DNA of 64,000 nt from Eledone cirrhosa. Taxonomy: Eukaryota. The notes under the pieces are model-generated. The model had not been told where the DNA came from. It searched no databases and was given only the letters and a program-made list of their open reading frames with translations. Positions 41,050-55,869 of this stretch are shown piece by piece. The translations under genes and the position numbers were made by a program. The DNA lies in NCBI GenBank assembly GCA_964016885.1, contig OZ024741.1, forward strand, positions 307,458,001-307,522,000, given 5' to 3'. Within the stretch, counting starts at the first letter, position 1. Each line of letters begins with the position of its first letter.

Positions 41050-43080
41050 CCTTCTTTATCATCATCATCGCTATCATCATCATCATCATCATCATCATCT
41101 TCAACAGCAGTAACGGCATTCAGAACATAATAATCACCACCACCACACTGATCCCTGCGACGTCATCATAACGACCATCATCAACACGACCATCATCCCC
41201 CAACCACCATCACTATGACCACCATAACCAACATCATCGTCACTATACTCACAATCAACACTATCACCATCACTACCATCATCATCATTTCTTCTATAAT
41301 CACACTTTACACTCCCACCACCACCACCACCGCCACCGCCACTATCACCACCTCCATCAACACCACCACCTCCACCACCACCATCACCACCACCACCACC
41401 ATCACCACCACCACCACCATCAACAGACCACTACCACCGCCGCCGCCACCACCACCAACACCACCACCACCACCACCACCACCGCCGCCGCCGCCACCAC
41501 CACCACCAACACCACCAATACCACCACCATCAACAGACCACCAACAGACCACCACCACCACCACCACCACCACCACCATCATCCACCACCACCACCAACA
41601 GACCACCAATACCACCACCATCATCGCCATCACCACCACCACCACCAACCCCACCGCCGCCGCCACCACCAACACTACCCCCACCATCACCACCACCACC
41701 ACCACCACCGTCAACAGACCACCAACAGACCACCAACAGACCACCACCACCACCACCACCACCAACAGACCACCACCACCACCACCACCACCACTGCCGC
41801 CTCCACCACCACCAAAACCGACCACAAAAATAACACAAAACATCACTTATTCATACTTGTGAAATCACAATTATATTCTTCATAACATCCAAAAAGTCTC
41901 TTTGGATGAGGTGTTGTTGTTGTTGTTGGTATTACTGTAGGTAGTTGCATGGTAGTGATGGTGTGGTGGAGGGCGTGGTAGTGGTGGCAGTTGAATGGTA
42001 GTGATGGTGTGGTGGAGGTGGTGGAGGGCGTGGTAGTGGTGGTAGTTGCATGGTAGTGATGATGATGTAGGTGTTGGATGTGGTTAGTTGTAGTAGTCTG
42101 GGCTATTGTGTTTGTGGTGGTGGCGGTAGAGGTAGTGGTGTGGTTGTGGTGTGGGTGTTGTGGTGGTGGCGGTTGTGGTGGTGATGGTTGTGGTGGTGTG
42201 GGTTGTGGTGGTGTGGGTTGCGGTGGTGGTGGAGGTCGGTGTGGTGGTGAAGGTTGTGGTGGTGTGGGTTGTGGCGGTGTTGGTTGCGGTGGTGGTGGTT
42301 GTGGTGGAGGTCGGTGTGGTGGTGAGCGTTGTGGTGGTGTGGGTTGTAGTGGTGTGGGTTGAGGTGGTTGTGGTGGAGGTCGATGTGGTGGTGGTGATGG
42401 TGGTTATGGTGTTGGGGGGGGGATGTTGGTGAGGATGTTGGTGAGGGATCTGGTGGTTAGGATTTTGAAGGTAGGGGTTGTGGTGGTGGGGGGTTGTGGT
42501 GATGGTAATTGTGGTTGTGGGGTTTGATTCTAAAATTACTTACAAAGGTACCACTCCACTAATTAAATTTAGCAAAATTGAAAACATGCAACTTATTAAC
42601 AAAATATTTATTTTTTAACGGAACATGTTTATTTGAATAACAACAACTTCAACAACAGAGCAATGATGGCTGCAATATAACAGCAACAATAGAAACAAAA
42701 ACAACAATAACTGCAACAACAACAACAACAGTAATAACATCAACAGCAGCAACAGCAACAACAGTAATAACCACAACAGCAGCAACAGCAACAACAGTAA
42801 TAACATCAACAGCAACAACAGCAACAGTAACTTTTATAAAAACAAAACAAAAGCCACGAGTTTATATGTTCAGAACCATATCTAAAACACTAACAATGAC
42901 AACAGCAATATCAACAACAACAACGTCAATACTGACAACAACAACAACAACAACACCAACTCTGTACACAACAGCAGGACCGTGCAATAGAAACAATTAG
43001 AATAATAGTAAAAATAACAGCAATAATAACAACAATAACATTTACAACGATATCATTACAATCACCCCAACGACTACCAA

Positions 43081-43140
<60 letters not shown>

Positions 43141-43270
43141 AAAAAACACCATCACCCCAGGGTACCATCAACAGCACCACCACCAACAACACCATTACCA
43201 ACATCACACTCACCACCACCACACCACCACCACCACAACTATCACATCACCACCATCACCACCAACAATA
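41050..43270. repeat. Low-complexity trinucleotide blocks: (ACC/ATC)n, then (GGT)n, then (AAC/TAC)n
   Basis: Directly visible. ORFs are poly-T/P/V/G artefacts. Confidence 0.9.
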
Positions 43271-43279
43271 ATAGCAGCA

Positions 43280-43565
43280 TTCCGTCGGTTACGACGATGA
43301 ATGTTCCAATTGAAACGATAAACGTGATGGCCTGTTCATGAAATTAACGTGCAAGTGGCTTAGTATTCCACAACCACGCGTACCCAAAACGTAGTTCTCA
43401 GGGAGATTCAGCGTGACACAGAATATGACAAGGTTGACCCTTCAAATTTTTGCCAGCTGAGTGGACTGGAACAACCTGAAATAAAGTGTCTTGCTCAAGG
43501 ACACGGCACGGCGCCGGGAATCGAACTCACGACCGCCTACACTAATCCCAATGCTACGCGCTTTC
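43280..43565 (-). mobile_element. tRNA-derived SINE (family 2)
   Basis: Minus strand shows gcgtagcattggg...gtgagttcgattccc (A/B boxes) and gtgtccttgagcaagacactttatttca. Related pieces at 48235-48350 and 50655-50800. Confidence 0.75.
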
Positions 43566-44504
43566 ACCAGCAACAATAATGTCACCATCATGACGACCAG
43601 CATCAGTACCACTTTCACTATCACCACCATCTCTAACCTCAGCATCATCTATTAGCCCCTATATGGTCGCTTGATCTGAAATACCAACCAAATTCTCTGA
43701 AAGCCCATCTAACGTTCTTGGTAAGGTGGTCCCGGCTTCCCTTTAAAAGAGGTAAACTATAGGATGGTCATAGCTGTAATGTTTTTGATCATTGGTCTAC
43801 TGGATTAGGTTTGACCTTGGGCTATACAATACCAACCACAGCAAATATGAATAACAACATTAGCAGCACCAGAAATAGCAATAACGATAGCAACAACAAC
43901 AACAATCGTATCAGTAGAAACAACAACAGCAACAACATCAACAACAGTAGCAGCAACTGTAGTAACAGCAACAACAACAGTAACCACAACATCAACAACA
44001 GTAGCAGCAACCACCACGACCACCACCACCACCACCACCACCAACAACAAAAACAACAACAACACCAACAAAATTAACAGCAACATTAGTAACAATAACA
44101 GCAGTAACAGCATCAACAACAGTAGAAGCATCAGTAGTAACAACAACATCAGCAGCAATAACAATAACAATAGCAATAATGACAACAATAGCAACAACAT
44201 CAACGACAATAGCAAAAATAGCAACAACAAATTAAAACAACAACAAAGCAATCATAACATCAATAACACAAAATGGCGGAAAAATAAATGCGTGGGCGGA
44301 AGTCACTTATTTTCTGCCAAACTTATTTCTATCAGCACACCAAGGCCGCCTCCATCATTACCTCTCACCACCACCTTCACCACCATTACCATAACCATCA
44401 GTCAAACTATAAGCATCACTACCACCACCACCACCACCACTATCATGACTAGCATAACAACCATAGCCACCACCACGACCATAACCGCTACCAAGACTTA
44501 CAGC

Positions 44505-46222
44505 TACCTCCACCATAACCATCATCATCACGATCACCATCACCACCACCATCATCATCATCACGATCACCATCACTATAACCATCATCATCACGATCAC
44601 CATCACCATAACCATCATCATCACGATCACCATCATTATAACCATCATCATCACGATCACCATCACCACCACCATCATCATCACGATCACCATCACCACC
44701 ACCATCATCATCACGATCACCATCACCATAACCTTCATCATCACGATCACCATCACCACCACCATCATCATCACGATCACCATCTCCACCACTATCATCA
44801 TCACGATCACCATCTCCACCACTATCATCATCACGATCACCATCACCACCACCATCATCATCACGATCACCATCACCACCACCATCATCATCACGATCAC
44901 CATCACCATAACCATCATCATCACGATCACCATCTCCACCACTATCATCATCACGATCACCATCACCACCACCATCATCATCACGATCACCATCACCACC
45001 ACCATCATCACGATCACTATCACCATAACCATCATCATCATCATCACGATCACCATCTCCACCACCATCATCATCACGATCACCATCTCCACCACCATCA
45101 TCATCACGATCACCATCACCACCACCATCATCATCACATCACCATCACCACCACCATCATCATCACGATCACCATCACCATAACCATCATCATCACGATC
45201 ACCATCACTATAACCATCATCATCACGATCACCATCACCACCACCATCATCATCACGATCACCATCACCATCTCCACCACCATCATCATCACGATCACCA
45301 TCACCACCACCATCATCATCACGATCACCATCACCATAACCATCATTATCATCATCACGATCACCATCTCCACCACCATCATCATAACGATCACCATCAC
45401 CATAACCATCATCATCATGATCACCATCACCACCACCATCATCATCACATCACCATCACCACCACCATCATCATCAAGATCACCATCACCATAACCATCA
45501 TCATCACGATCACCATCACTATAACCAACATCATCACGATCACCATCACCACCATCATCATCATCACGATCACCATCACCATCTCCACCACCATCATCAT
45601 CACGATCACCATCACCACCACCATCATCACGATCACCATCACCATAACCATCATCATCATCATCACGATCACCATCTCCACCACCATCATCATAACGATC
45701 ACCATCGCCATAACCATCATCATCATGATCACCATCACTATAACCATCATCATCACGATCACCATCACCACCACCATCATCATCACCATCACCATAACCA
45801 TCATCATCATCATCACGATCACCATCACCACCACCATCATCATCACGATCACCATCACCATAACCATCATCATCACGATCACCATCACCACCACCATCAT
45901 CATCACGATCACCATCACCACCACCATCATCATCACGATCACCATCACCATCACCACCACCATCATCCTTATGATCATCATCACCATAACCATCATCATC
46001 ACGATCACCATCACCACCACCATCATCATCCCGATCACCATCACCACCACAATCATCACGATCACCATCACCATAACCATCATCATCACGATCACCATCA
46101 CCACCACCATCATCAGCACGATCACCATCTCCACCACCATCATCATCACGATCACCATCTCCACCACCATCATCATCACGATCACCATCTCCACCACCAT
46201 CATCATCACGATCACCATCACG
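44505..46222. repeat. ~24-bp minisatellite (catcatcacgatcaccatcaccac)n
   Basis: cacgatcac anchor recurs every 21-30 bp over ~1.7 kb. Confidence 0.95.
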
Positions 46223-46726
46223 CCACCACGTGCACAACGTTTACTCCCTCCAGAAACGGCACAGACACAAGTATTACCTCTAAATCATCTGATAATGGAG
46301 CCTTTACATGGTCGTTCACTCTACTAGAAATAGTAGCTAAATCTCCCTTAAATCCCACCCTACCATCTTTAAATAAACGGAAAGGATACATGATTATTAC
46401 AGTTATAGATAGACAATGTCTGACGAAAACCAAGTCAAAACGAGATGGTCATCGTTGGAAGGACTTTGATCATTTCATTTTTCTCAGGCGAAGTCGGACA
46501 GCTGCCAATCAACCAGCCATCATCATCACCACCAACACCACAACCACCACCACCATGTAGCCCCCCCCCATCACCACCACCATCACCAACACTACTACAA
46601 TCACCACCACCACAACCACTATTACAACCACCTTAACAGTCACCTTACAACCCTTTAAACAGTACCACTTTTACCATCATTACTAATGCAAATTTTACCA
46701 CTACCACCACACCTACAAGCACCTCA

Positions 46727-46761
<35 letters not shown>

Positions 46762-47517
46762 AACTACTACTACAACGACAGCTGTTACTACCACCACCAC
46801 CGCCAACGACAAGAACAACACCACTACAAGCGTCACCACTACGACCACGTCGACGACTACCACCACCAGTAACAACAACAACAGCACCACCAATCAATAC
46901 TAGCATTCTCCCCACCGCCACCACCACCACTAGCATCACTACTAAATCCCTAACCTACCATTTCATTAGATACTCCCAACATCAAAGGGAGTTAACTTCC
47001 TTCGTCTTTTATTATTTGTCATTATATAGATATATGTATTATTTTGTTCTGTTCTTTTTTTTATTTATTTTTCAAAAATTATTATAAAAGTAGATGTTTT
47101 ATTGCAGGAAAACACGGAAGCGATTAACAAGCCTAACACAGCCAAAAGCGGAACTGTTAGCGCCATCTATTTACACCCTCCCAACCCACTATCATTACCA
47201 GTAACCAGCACCAAAAGCACCACTACCATCAAAAGACGACCACCATCACCATTGGCTAACATCACCAATTTTATTTCAACTCTTCCACTCCTCCTTACAA
47301 CAGCGAGAAGGATGGGATGTAGAGATGTTTAGAAAGAAAGAATGGTGTTTGGTCGAACAAAGCTGACATTTTCAGTCATTATATGTTATAACTAGGATAT
47401 GGCCATATTAGATAGTAGATTATATTAGTCGAGAGAGTAAGGGAGAGATAATAAGAGAGAGAGAGAGAGAGAGAAAGAGATAACAAAAGAGAGAGTGGGG
47501 GATAATGAGAGGGAGAG

Positions 47518-47585
<68 letters not shown>

Positions 47586-47810
47586 AGGCTACCGCCTAGT
47601 ATACCGCAGTACTACATGATGGCTACTTATTTATTTATTAACATATTCATTTATTATTTTATCGCATTCAGAGAGATGAATGAGAAGGCAAAAACATTTG
47701 ATCCCGTCAGGATTCGAACTCAGAAAACGTATAAAATTCGAACTGAAATTGCTTCGTTATGGCGTTTCATCTGAAAAGTTTGCCTTTTGTTTTCTGAAAC
47801 TCTAACAACC

Positions 47811-47866
<56 letters not shown>

Positions 47867-47887
47867 CAGCAGCAGTAGCGGTAGTAG

Positions 47888-48040
47888 TTATGCTTTGCAG
47901 CATAGAGTTACGCCCCTTTATATTCTGAGTTCAAGTCTCACCGAGGTTAACTTTGCCTTTCATCCTTACGGGGTCGACAAAGTAAGTATCAGTAACGCAC
48001 TGAGATAATTGCTGGCCTTGTGCCAAAAGTAGAAACAATA
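47888..48040 (+). mobile_element. 5'-truncated SINE family 1
   Basis: Core and 3' end match the other copies. Confidence 0.85.
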
Positions 48041-48547
48041 TTATTTTTAATGATAACAATGATATTGATGACTGAGATATGATGATATTCTTTCGATAGT
48101 CGATCAACAAGATCCCGGACCTCATTCGCTTAAAGAGTGGGGTGGAGCTCGTCCAACTGGACCGAGGAAACAATGTCTCCATTGGTCTTTCCAGTTGCTA
48201 ATATTATCCGTCGGTCGCAAATCCAGGCAGAAGGAGCAACGTGAAATAAAGTGTCTTGCTCAAGGACATAACGCATCGACTGTCTGGGGTTCGAACTCAC
48301 AACCTCACGATTGTGACTCCAATTCTCTAACAACTCTGACACGTGCCTTCACAAATGATATTCTTTATTGGACCTTACCAAAATAGAGAGAAAAACATGA
48401 GAGAATAATGACGATTGTATTTAGAATCCACCAACAACAAACTGATACAAAAACATACAAGTGGTGTGTATATAAAAACCATTAATCTGGATACCTAAAT
48501 ATGGAATGTTAAGTGATGCCCCCCCCCCCCCACACACACACACACAC

Positions 48548-48770
48548 ACAGCCCCGGCGGACAGGATGGAGAAGGCGTTCCAGCGGTGGACGGCAAGGGA
48601 GACGCGGTGGAAAAGCCATTCCAACTCGCGGGGTTCACACCTGCGGCTGGCCAGCTCAGCGCCCATGGTGGTGAGTAGGGAGGCAGCCCTGGAGCCGAGG
48701 ATGCCAGAAGTCTCCATTGCCAGGGGTATAATTACAACGCGAAAATTATTAGCATATCCACTGTAGGATT
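48548..48770 (-). mobile_element. CRE-like non-LTR retrotransposon 3' fragment (RLE C-terminus)
   Basis: METSGILGSRAASLL...LFHRVSLAVHRWNA matches the ETxGxxG...RxSxAxQRGNA pattern. GC-rich patch. Confidence 0.65.
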
Positions 48771-49046
48771 ACATATGTACCAAATAAAATAGGAAATAAG
48801 AACTAAAGAAAAAATATTTTCTGTCTTCAAAGTAATCAACAATTATAAATTAGAGACTTAACATTCTGTTTGTCCCTTTCCATCTCGTACTTCCTCGTAA
48901 ACTATTGATCAGCTACCTGGGAAAATATGCAGATCAAACACGAGATATATATATTCTCCATTGAAATCTGATTCTGATATGAAACCAGCGAGTAACCTTA
49001 ACTAATGTTGAGTAATATAGTTATTACCTAACTAACCAGCTAACTA

Positions 49047-49095
<49 letters not shown>

Positions 49096-49122
49096 GTCTC
49101 TCTCTGTCTCTCTCTATCTCTA

Positions 49123-49372
<250 letters not shown>

Positions 49373-49384
49373 TATGTCAAAAGT

Positions 49385-49943
49385 ATATATTGAATTAGAA
49401 ACTCAAAGTAGTTAGTCCCTTACAATTAAAATAGCTCAAGCAAAAGGTTTTTCCGTGTCGTGAAAAATAATTCAATATAATAAAGAGATAAACACAGATA
49501 TATACATATATGTGTTCAAATTACAAGGGACCAGATTCGCTAGGGTGAATAGGATACTAACTATGAACAATACTTTTATTATCTATTATTATTGAAAGAA
49601 TAAATTAAGAAAAAGTACAAACCGAACTATCAAATACACAACCAGACAGTCTTTGGCAAAATTGCTTCGCATCAAGGTTTACTAATTTGTACATCCACTG
49701 ACGAGCAATAGAATTGGTAATTCCCTTCACTTGATGCGAATCAGTTTTGCGAAAGATTGTCTGGAAGTGTATTTGATAGTTATCACAGTTCGGTTTGTAG
49801 TTTTTCTTAATTTATTCTTTTAATTGAGTCTGGCAAACCGTATTGTTCATAGTATCCTATTCACCCTAGCGAATCTGGTCCCTTATAATTTGAACACAAA
49901 TATATATATCTTTGTTTATCTCTCTTTATTATATTGAATTATT
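49385..49943 (-). mobile_element. Foldback PLE remnant with diverged ~210-bp arms and ~80-bp tail
   Basis: Arms ~49467-49676 and 49730-49943. The spacer contains a half-hammerhead, ctgacga-gcaat-aga-attg. Confidence 0.75.
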
Positions 49944-49944
49944 C

Positions 49945-50085
<141 letters not shown>

Positions 50086-50644
50086 CAGGGATTGGACAAA
50101 ATAATGGAAACACCTAGCATCATAGCATCATAACTTTGAAATATCTAAAAAACCGTCAAAAGCTTGTTCATTTTTCTGTTTTTTGATTTATTATTAGTGT
50201 TGCTTAATATGTTTTGTTAAAATTGCTATTTCTTTTCAGATATCATCAGAAAAAGGTAATTAAAATTCATTAAAATGACAGATCGATCGGACTTTCAAAG
50301 AGGTCAAATTGTTGGTGCTCGTATGGCAGGCGCTAGCGTAACGAAAACAGCCGAAATGTTTGGTGTATCAAGAAGTACTGTCTCAAAAGTAATGATAGCC
50401 TTTGAGAAAGAGGGAAACACCTCCTTGACGAAACAAAACTCCGGAAGAAGACCAAAACTTTCAGGTAGGGACCGTCGGACTCTTACGCGAATTGTTAGAA
50501 AAGATCACAAAAGTACAGTTCCCAAAATTACTGCAGAGCTTAATGACCACCTGGAGAACAATAAAAATAAACAGGCTTTTGACGGTTTTATAGATATTTC
50601 AAAATTATGATGCTAGGTGTTTCCATTATTTTGTCCAACCCCTG
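50086..50644 (+). mobile_element. Internally deleted Tc1 transposon
   Basis: ~90-bp TIRs (caggg.ttggacaaaataatggaaacacctagcatcat) with TA TSDs. ORF 50275-50610 encodes a paired-like HTH (DFQRGQIVGAR...VSRSTVSKV...SGRRPKLS). Confidence 0.92.
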
Positions 50645-51089
50645 TATATATTTTTGTGTGCTCTGGATGAGTATGCTTGTGAAATTTACATGCAAACGGC
50701 TGAGCATTCCGAAGACGCATCTACTTTTAAAGTAGTTCTCAAGGTGATTCAACGTGATACAGGTTGTGGCATGGCAAGTCCCTTTGAATTACACTTCCTA
50801 CTCAATTTTGCCAGCTGCAAATGTCACAGAAACTTAAAGCTACTTCGTTTACTGTATCTCTATAGTTTCAGACCAAGTATCATAAACATTAGTGTACTTT
50901 ATGTAAGGTCATTACATCTGTTAAGTTGTGAACATAAAAATATAATGTTGATTTACGGGAATACGTATTGTGCTAATACAGACGCACCCCGCTCCCACAC
51001 ACGGAAATAAACAAACAAACATATCTATCTCTCTATCTATCTCTCTATCTATCTACCTATCTATCTATCTATCTGTCTGTCTGTCTGTA

Positions 51090-51134
<45 letters not shown>

Positions 51135-51493
51135 GTCTCTCTATATTTATATATATAAAATCATACACATATACACACACACACACACACATACACATAC
51201 ACACACACATACACACACACATATATATATATATATATGTGTGTGTTTGTGTGTCTGTGTGTCTGTGTGCTTGTGCATGTGTGTGTATGTGTGTTCATGT
51301 TTGTGTGTCCATTTAATCATGTATGTAATTGTTGATTTGACCAATCAACTATAACAAAGCAATTGTCCTGTTAAATTTTATTGTGAAATCCTCAGATCAA
51401 AGGATTGAACACACACACATACACACACAGACACACCGACAGACAGACAATCAGACAGACACAGACACACACACATATATGTATATATGTATG

Positions 51494-51601
<108 letters not shown>

Positions 51602-52327
51602 CATCCGTACGTTCATTACGTTTAAACATACATACATGCATGCCTGCATACATATATATGGGCATGCATACATCCATCCATCCATCCATACATACATCCA
51701 TCCATCCATCCATACATACATACATACATACATACATACATACATACATACATACATACATACATACATACATGAACGCCGATCGAGGTATACAGATGTA
51801 CACACTTATAGACATATGCACATATGCACAGAACCGACACAAAGGCGAAGCATATGAACAGAAAACTAGCTCGCTCACTGGCTACAAATAGACACTATAA
51901 TACACGAGGAACAATGGATCGGTGTAGCGGAAGTTCTCAGCCAAACTTCCGGTTCTTTCCAATGACAACAAGCCAATTATATCTTGAACGGCAGTTTCAG
52001 TGTAGAAAAAGATAAATGTAAATGAATAGGGGCTTGTTATTTGACTGGTTGGCTTGGTGAATGGGAGGGTGGGCAATTGTTTGGTTGTTTGCGTTTCTGG
52101 AGCTGTTGAGGTTGGGAATAATCTTTTGTCTTCATATTTTTATCTTTCCATAGCACCGGAGAAGACTGTTTTCGGTAACGTTCCTGAATAGGTGGTAACG
52201 ATTAGTTTCATGGTTCGAATTTTATCTATATCATATTCTCATGTATATATATATATATATATATAAGCGTTAAACTAATATATTCCTTCCATATACTGTA
52301 CCGATTGTGTTGTTATTTCTGTTTAAC

Positions 52328-52974
<647 letters not shown>

Positions 52975-52999
52975 ATATATATAATTGTGTGTGTGTGTG

Positions 53000-53580
53000 T
53001 GTGTGTGTACATATGCCAGGTTGGAAGTGGTATCAGGAGGGGCGGGTGTAGAATCAGGTGGCTGAAATTTGTCGACGTATGCGATTACTTACCTCGTCGG
53101 AAGATGATCTCCGACTTGCACTTAATAGGTTTGCTGTCATGTGCTGCACGACAGGAATGAAAATCAATGCTTCAAAGATTGAGATACTCGTCCTCTCAAG
53201 GAATCCTGTGCAGTGCACTGTACATGTGAGAGGAGTTGTACTGAAGCTGTTGGAAAAGTTCACAAGGGATGGCAAGCAGGTGGCTGAATTAAGTGCAAAA
53301 ATTGAAGGAGCTGTTACCGTAATGCTCTAGGTTCAGCATTCAGTCATTTTCAATTCAGTATTCGAGCAAACCATGAATCTTTGGTTTTCGGAGTAACGTC
53401 CGTTGATCGAGAGTGTAGCCCGGGGGTCAGAGCGTCACTCCAGGTAGAGCCGTTACTTCTCCGAATTGAAAGATGGTTGGATAAAATACATGAGCGTTGC
53501 TGGTCTCGCTTGGAACTCCGTTTGCATCAAGTGGAGACGATTACTTCTAAGAGGACCCACTGCAATGCGTGCTTGAACAT
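53000..53580 (+). mobile_element. Degenerate RTE (Rex3/Expander-like) fragment
   Basis: LLTSSEDDLRLALNRF...GMKINASKIEILV and VEPLLLRIER. Confidence 0.7.
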
Positions 53581-53599
53581 TCTATACCCACTCCTCTCT

Positions 53600-55540
53600 T
53601 AAAAATTTTCAAAAATACTATCTAAAATTTATTTCAAAAATGCTCCCAAAAATCTTTAAAGAATATTTTCAGTTAAATTCTAGAAAACGTTTTAAAAATA
53701 TAACTGAAAAAATAACTCTTTTACGTAAAACATTGAAAACATTTAGAGAGAATATTTGTTGAAATTTGTTATGATAGAAAATATATGGGAAAACTTTGAG
53801 GAAAATTTTCGAAAAATTTAGAAAAAGTTTCGAAAGAAATGTGATAGTTTTGGACCATTACATTTTTTTTTGCTACACTCTATCACTAAATTACATTTAT
53901 TTTATTTTATTTTATTTTTATTCAAATTTACGTTTAAATAGCAATAATTTAAAATTCCTTTCGTTGATCGTAGTAGTGATTATAGAGGAGATAATAGGTA
54001 TGTAGTAGAAGTAGTGGCAGCGGATGACGTCAGAGAATTGAAACTTAGTACAGGTTCTGCGAAAGTAAAATTTATAACGTGTAACAAAACGCATTCTTCA
54101 AAATTTTCTCAAAATTGTTACCAAAACTTTTTAAAAAATCATCATTAATGTTTTCTTCAAAATATTTCAAAAACCTTTATCAAAATTTTCTTCAAATCTT
54201 TCTTCAAAAATTTTCAAAATTTTCCTAAAGAAATTGCGCAAATAATTTAGTAAAAATTATCTTAAACATTTTCCCGAAAATTTCCTCAAAATATTTTCAA
54301 ATCTTTTTTTTAATCGTTTTTCTAAAATAAAAAAAAAAATACTGAAAAATATTACCCCAAATGTTTATTTAATCATTATAATTTTATTTTAAATTATTCC
54401 CAAAATCTTTTTAAAATCTTCATTTTATTAAACTTTTGTGAAACTTTTAAGTAAAAGTTTCGAAATAAGGAATGAGAATAATTATTGAAAAATTTGGTGA
54501 ACCGTTTGAGAAACTTTTCATGATAAATTTTCGAAACTATTTTGATAAAATTTTAAAGAAATTATTCAGGGATATATTCGAAAATATTTGAAGATATTTT
54601 TTGAGAATCGTTTTAAAGAAATTTGTTATGAAACTTTTGGGAAAAGTTCTGAAAAATCCGAAGAAGATTTTTGAAAAATTATGATAAACATATCTAAGAA
54701 AGTTTTATCTTTTTTCAAAGAGTGTGAGAAATATTTTGAGTATGCATTTAAAGTATGATTTTAAATCAAATATTTGAAACTCTTTTTAAGAAAATTTTTC
54801 GGGAAATATGAGGGAACAATTTCGATTAGTTACGTCGAACGAAAGTAAAATTTGTCAAATTTACCCATGACATTTTTGAAAAAAGCAATCATCAAAATAT
54901 TTTCAAATGTTTTTCTTCAAAAATTTCACAATTTTTCTAAAATAAATTCTCAGATATTTTATTCAAAATTATCTCAAACATTTTCCTAAAATTGTCTAAA
55001 AATTTTTTATAAAATTTTCTTCAAATTGTTCTCTAAATTCATAAAGTTTCTTGAAAAATATTCTAAAAAGTTTTGAAAAATAATCATAGAAATTTTATTA
55101 AAAATCGTTCCCAAAATGTTTCAAAACTTTCATTTCATAAATAGTTTTAAGAAAGTATTGATGAAGATTTTCCAAACATTTGAAGGAAACTTTTTAAATC
55201 TTAGAAAAAGAGATATTTTGAAGAAAATGTGTGGTGAAATTTGAGGGAATATATTTGAGAATATTTTCTGCAAAACTTTTAAAAATGAAAGAAAACAAAA
55301 ATAATAATTTCGAAAATTCTTGACAGTTAATAATTTAAAGAGAATATTTGTTGTAATAATAATAAAAACTTTCAGAAAAAATTTTCAAAAGATTTTTGGG
55401 TAGAATTTTCGGAAAATTGGAGAGCAAGTTTCAACATTTGACGTGAATTTTTGCAGATATTTTTTTTCGAAACCATCTTGATAAAATTGTAGAAAAGATA
55501 TTCAGGAAAAGTTTTGAGAATTTTTTTACGAAAGAAAACA
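53600..55540. repeat. Very AT-rich degenerate repeat with alternating aaaattttc / gaaaatttt blocks
   Basis: Visible strand-alternating blocks. 54200-54300 resembles 54912-55010. Confidence 0.6.
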
Positions 55541-55869
55541 GTTTACTCTCTACTCAATCGAAAACGCCCGACATCACAATGTAATAATTATATGTTTTAA
55601 GGAAAAGGTTTGGTTAATTTTTGGGAAACACTAATTATCACCTCATTCCATAAATAATGCTATTTTTACAATGTTCTCGTTAACACATGTTACAGTATGT
55701 CTAAACAAGATTTTTCCACAGCTGTATGAATACTGTGGAGAAAGAAACAAATTAAGTCAGATAGTTTCTGGCTTGCTGGCACATAAATTTTATGAAAATG
55801 GAAGTCACAGAAGAACACAATAATACTTAATGAAAATGGAAGTCAAAGAAGATCATAAAAGCAACAGAT

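Noticed and set aside
44292-46327. His-rich or Asp/Gly-rich protein, or a CRISPR-like array
   Set aside because: Continuous tandem repeat with no unique spacers, no cas genes and a eukaryotic context. The open frames follow from composition.
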